NCBI GenBank assembly: GCA_024626585.2
Contig: JANKJI020000002.1
Coordinates: 135,270,505 to 135,290,671, forward strand
Length of the DNA stretch: 20,167 bases
Origin: Ginkgo biloba
Taxonomy: Eukaryota > Plantae > Ginkgophyta
Direction: 5' to 3'
In this document: one piece after another, positions 19,680-20,167 of the stretch
Layout: every line of letters begins with the position of its first letter
Numbering within the stretch: position 1 is the stretch's first letter
The notes under the pieces: generated by a model
The model's database searches: none
Told to the model about the DNA's origin: nothing
What the model saw: only the letters and a program-made list of their open reading frames with translations
Position numbers and translations under genes: made by a program

Positions 19680-20167
19680 AGAAAGAGTAGATATTATAAG
19701 TTTCAAGGGGAGTCCTGAAGCTTGAATATTTGTTAGACCAGGTCAGAGTAATGGAGAAGTACTTTGATTGGGAAGAGATGGAATACCCCAAGAGAGTAAA
19801 GTTTGCATGCACCATACTACAAGGACATGCAACCTTCTGGTGGGAACACCTACATAAAGAAAGAACCTAGAAAGGCNNNNNNNNNNNNNNNNNNNNNNNN
19901 NAAGTTGAAATAAAAATTTATACTTGTAGAATATGGTTAGAGACTATTCTAGGAATTATAGAACCTAAGATAGAGGGATAGATGCATGTCCATGTACACT
20001 GACAAATTATCAAGACTATCCATTTGAAGTGGACATAATGAATGTGAGGATAAGATGGTAGCAAGGTATATAAATGGTTTAAATTACCTTATTCAAATTG
20101 AAATCGCTATGCATCATGTGAAGACTATAGACAATGCCTATCAGTTGCCACTGAAGGCCAAAGAAAA
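19680..20167 (+). mobile_element. Decayed gag of a CRM-like chromovirus, truncated by the window end
   Basis: RVDIISFKGS, LLDQVRVMEKYFDWEEMEYPKRVKFACTILQGHATFWWEHLHKERT*KG, KLK*KF, L*NLR*, VARYINGLNYLIQIEI..TIDNAYQLPLKAKE. Confidence 0.88.

Overview
This window is AT-rich, CpG-poor eukaryotic DNA with many short N gaps. It is most consistent with a large land-plant nuclear genome, probably a gymnosperm (inferred from the Gag types and the retroelement-filled introns). I find no bacterial genes, CRISPR arrays or RNA genes, and nearly all ORFs in the supplied track are spurious. (1) The 3' end of a spliced + strand host gene that the ORF track does not show as a gene: exons at 2988-3103, 5135-5186, 5577-~5668 and 5779-5838, then a 3' UTR with AATAAA at 6295. 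The first three exons join in frame through canonical GT-AG sites. I do not recognise the protein. (2) Decayed minus-strand Ty3/gypsy chromovirus pieces inside its introns: gag-protease-RT at 3460-5015 and integrase-PPT-LTR at about 1137-2819. (3) An 18-bp minisatellite at 6681-6913. (4) A decayed minus-strand chromovirus at about 8850-14020 that lacks protease and has a 5'-truncated L1 LINE inserted in gag. (5) Small hairpins, duplications and LTR remnants at 14900-15840. (6) A + strand Tat/Ogre-like gag at about 17940-18720, interrupted by a CRM-like chromovirus (LTR 18726-19345, Met-i PBS in three copies, gag running off the window). That LTR appears to carry a mini-CACTA element. I see no convincing new biological system; the best leads are the unidentified gene and a few unusual element rearrangements.
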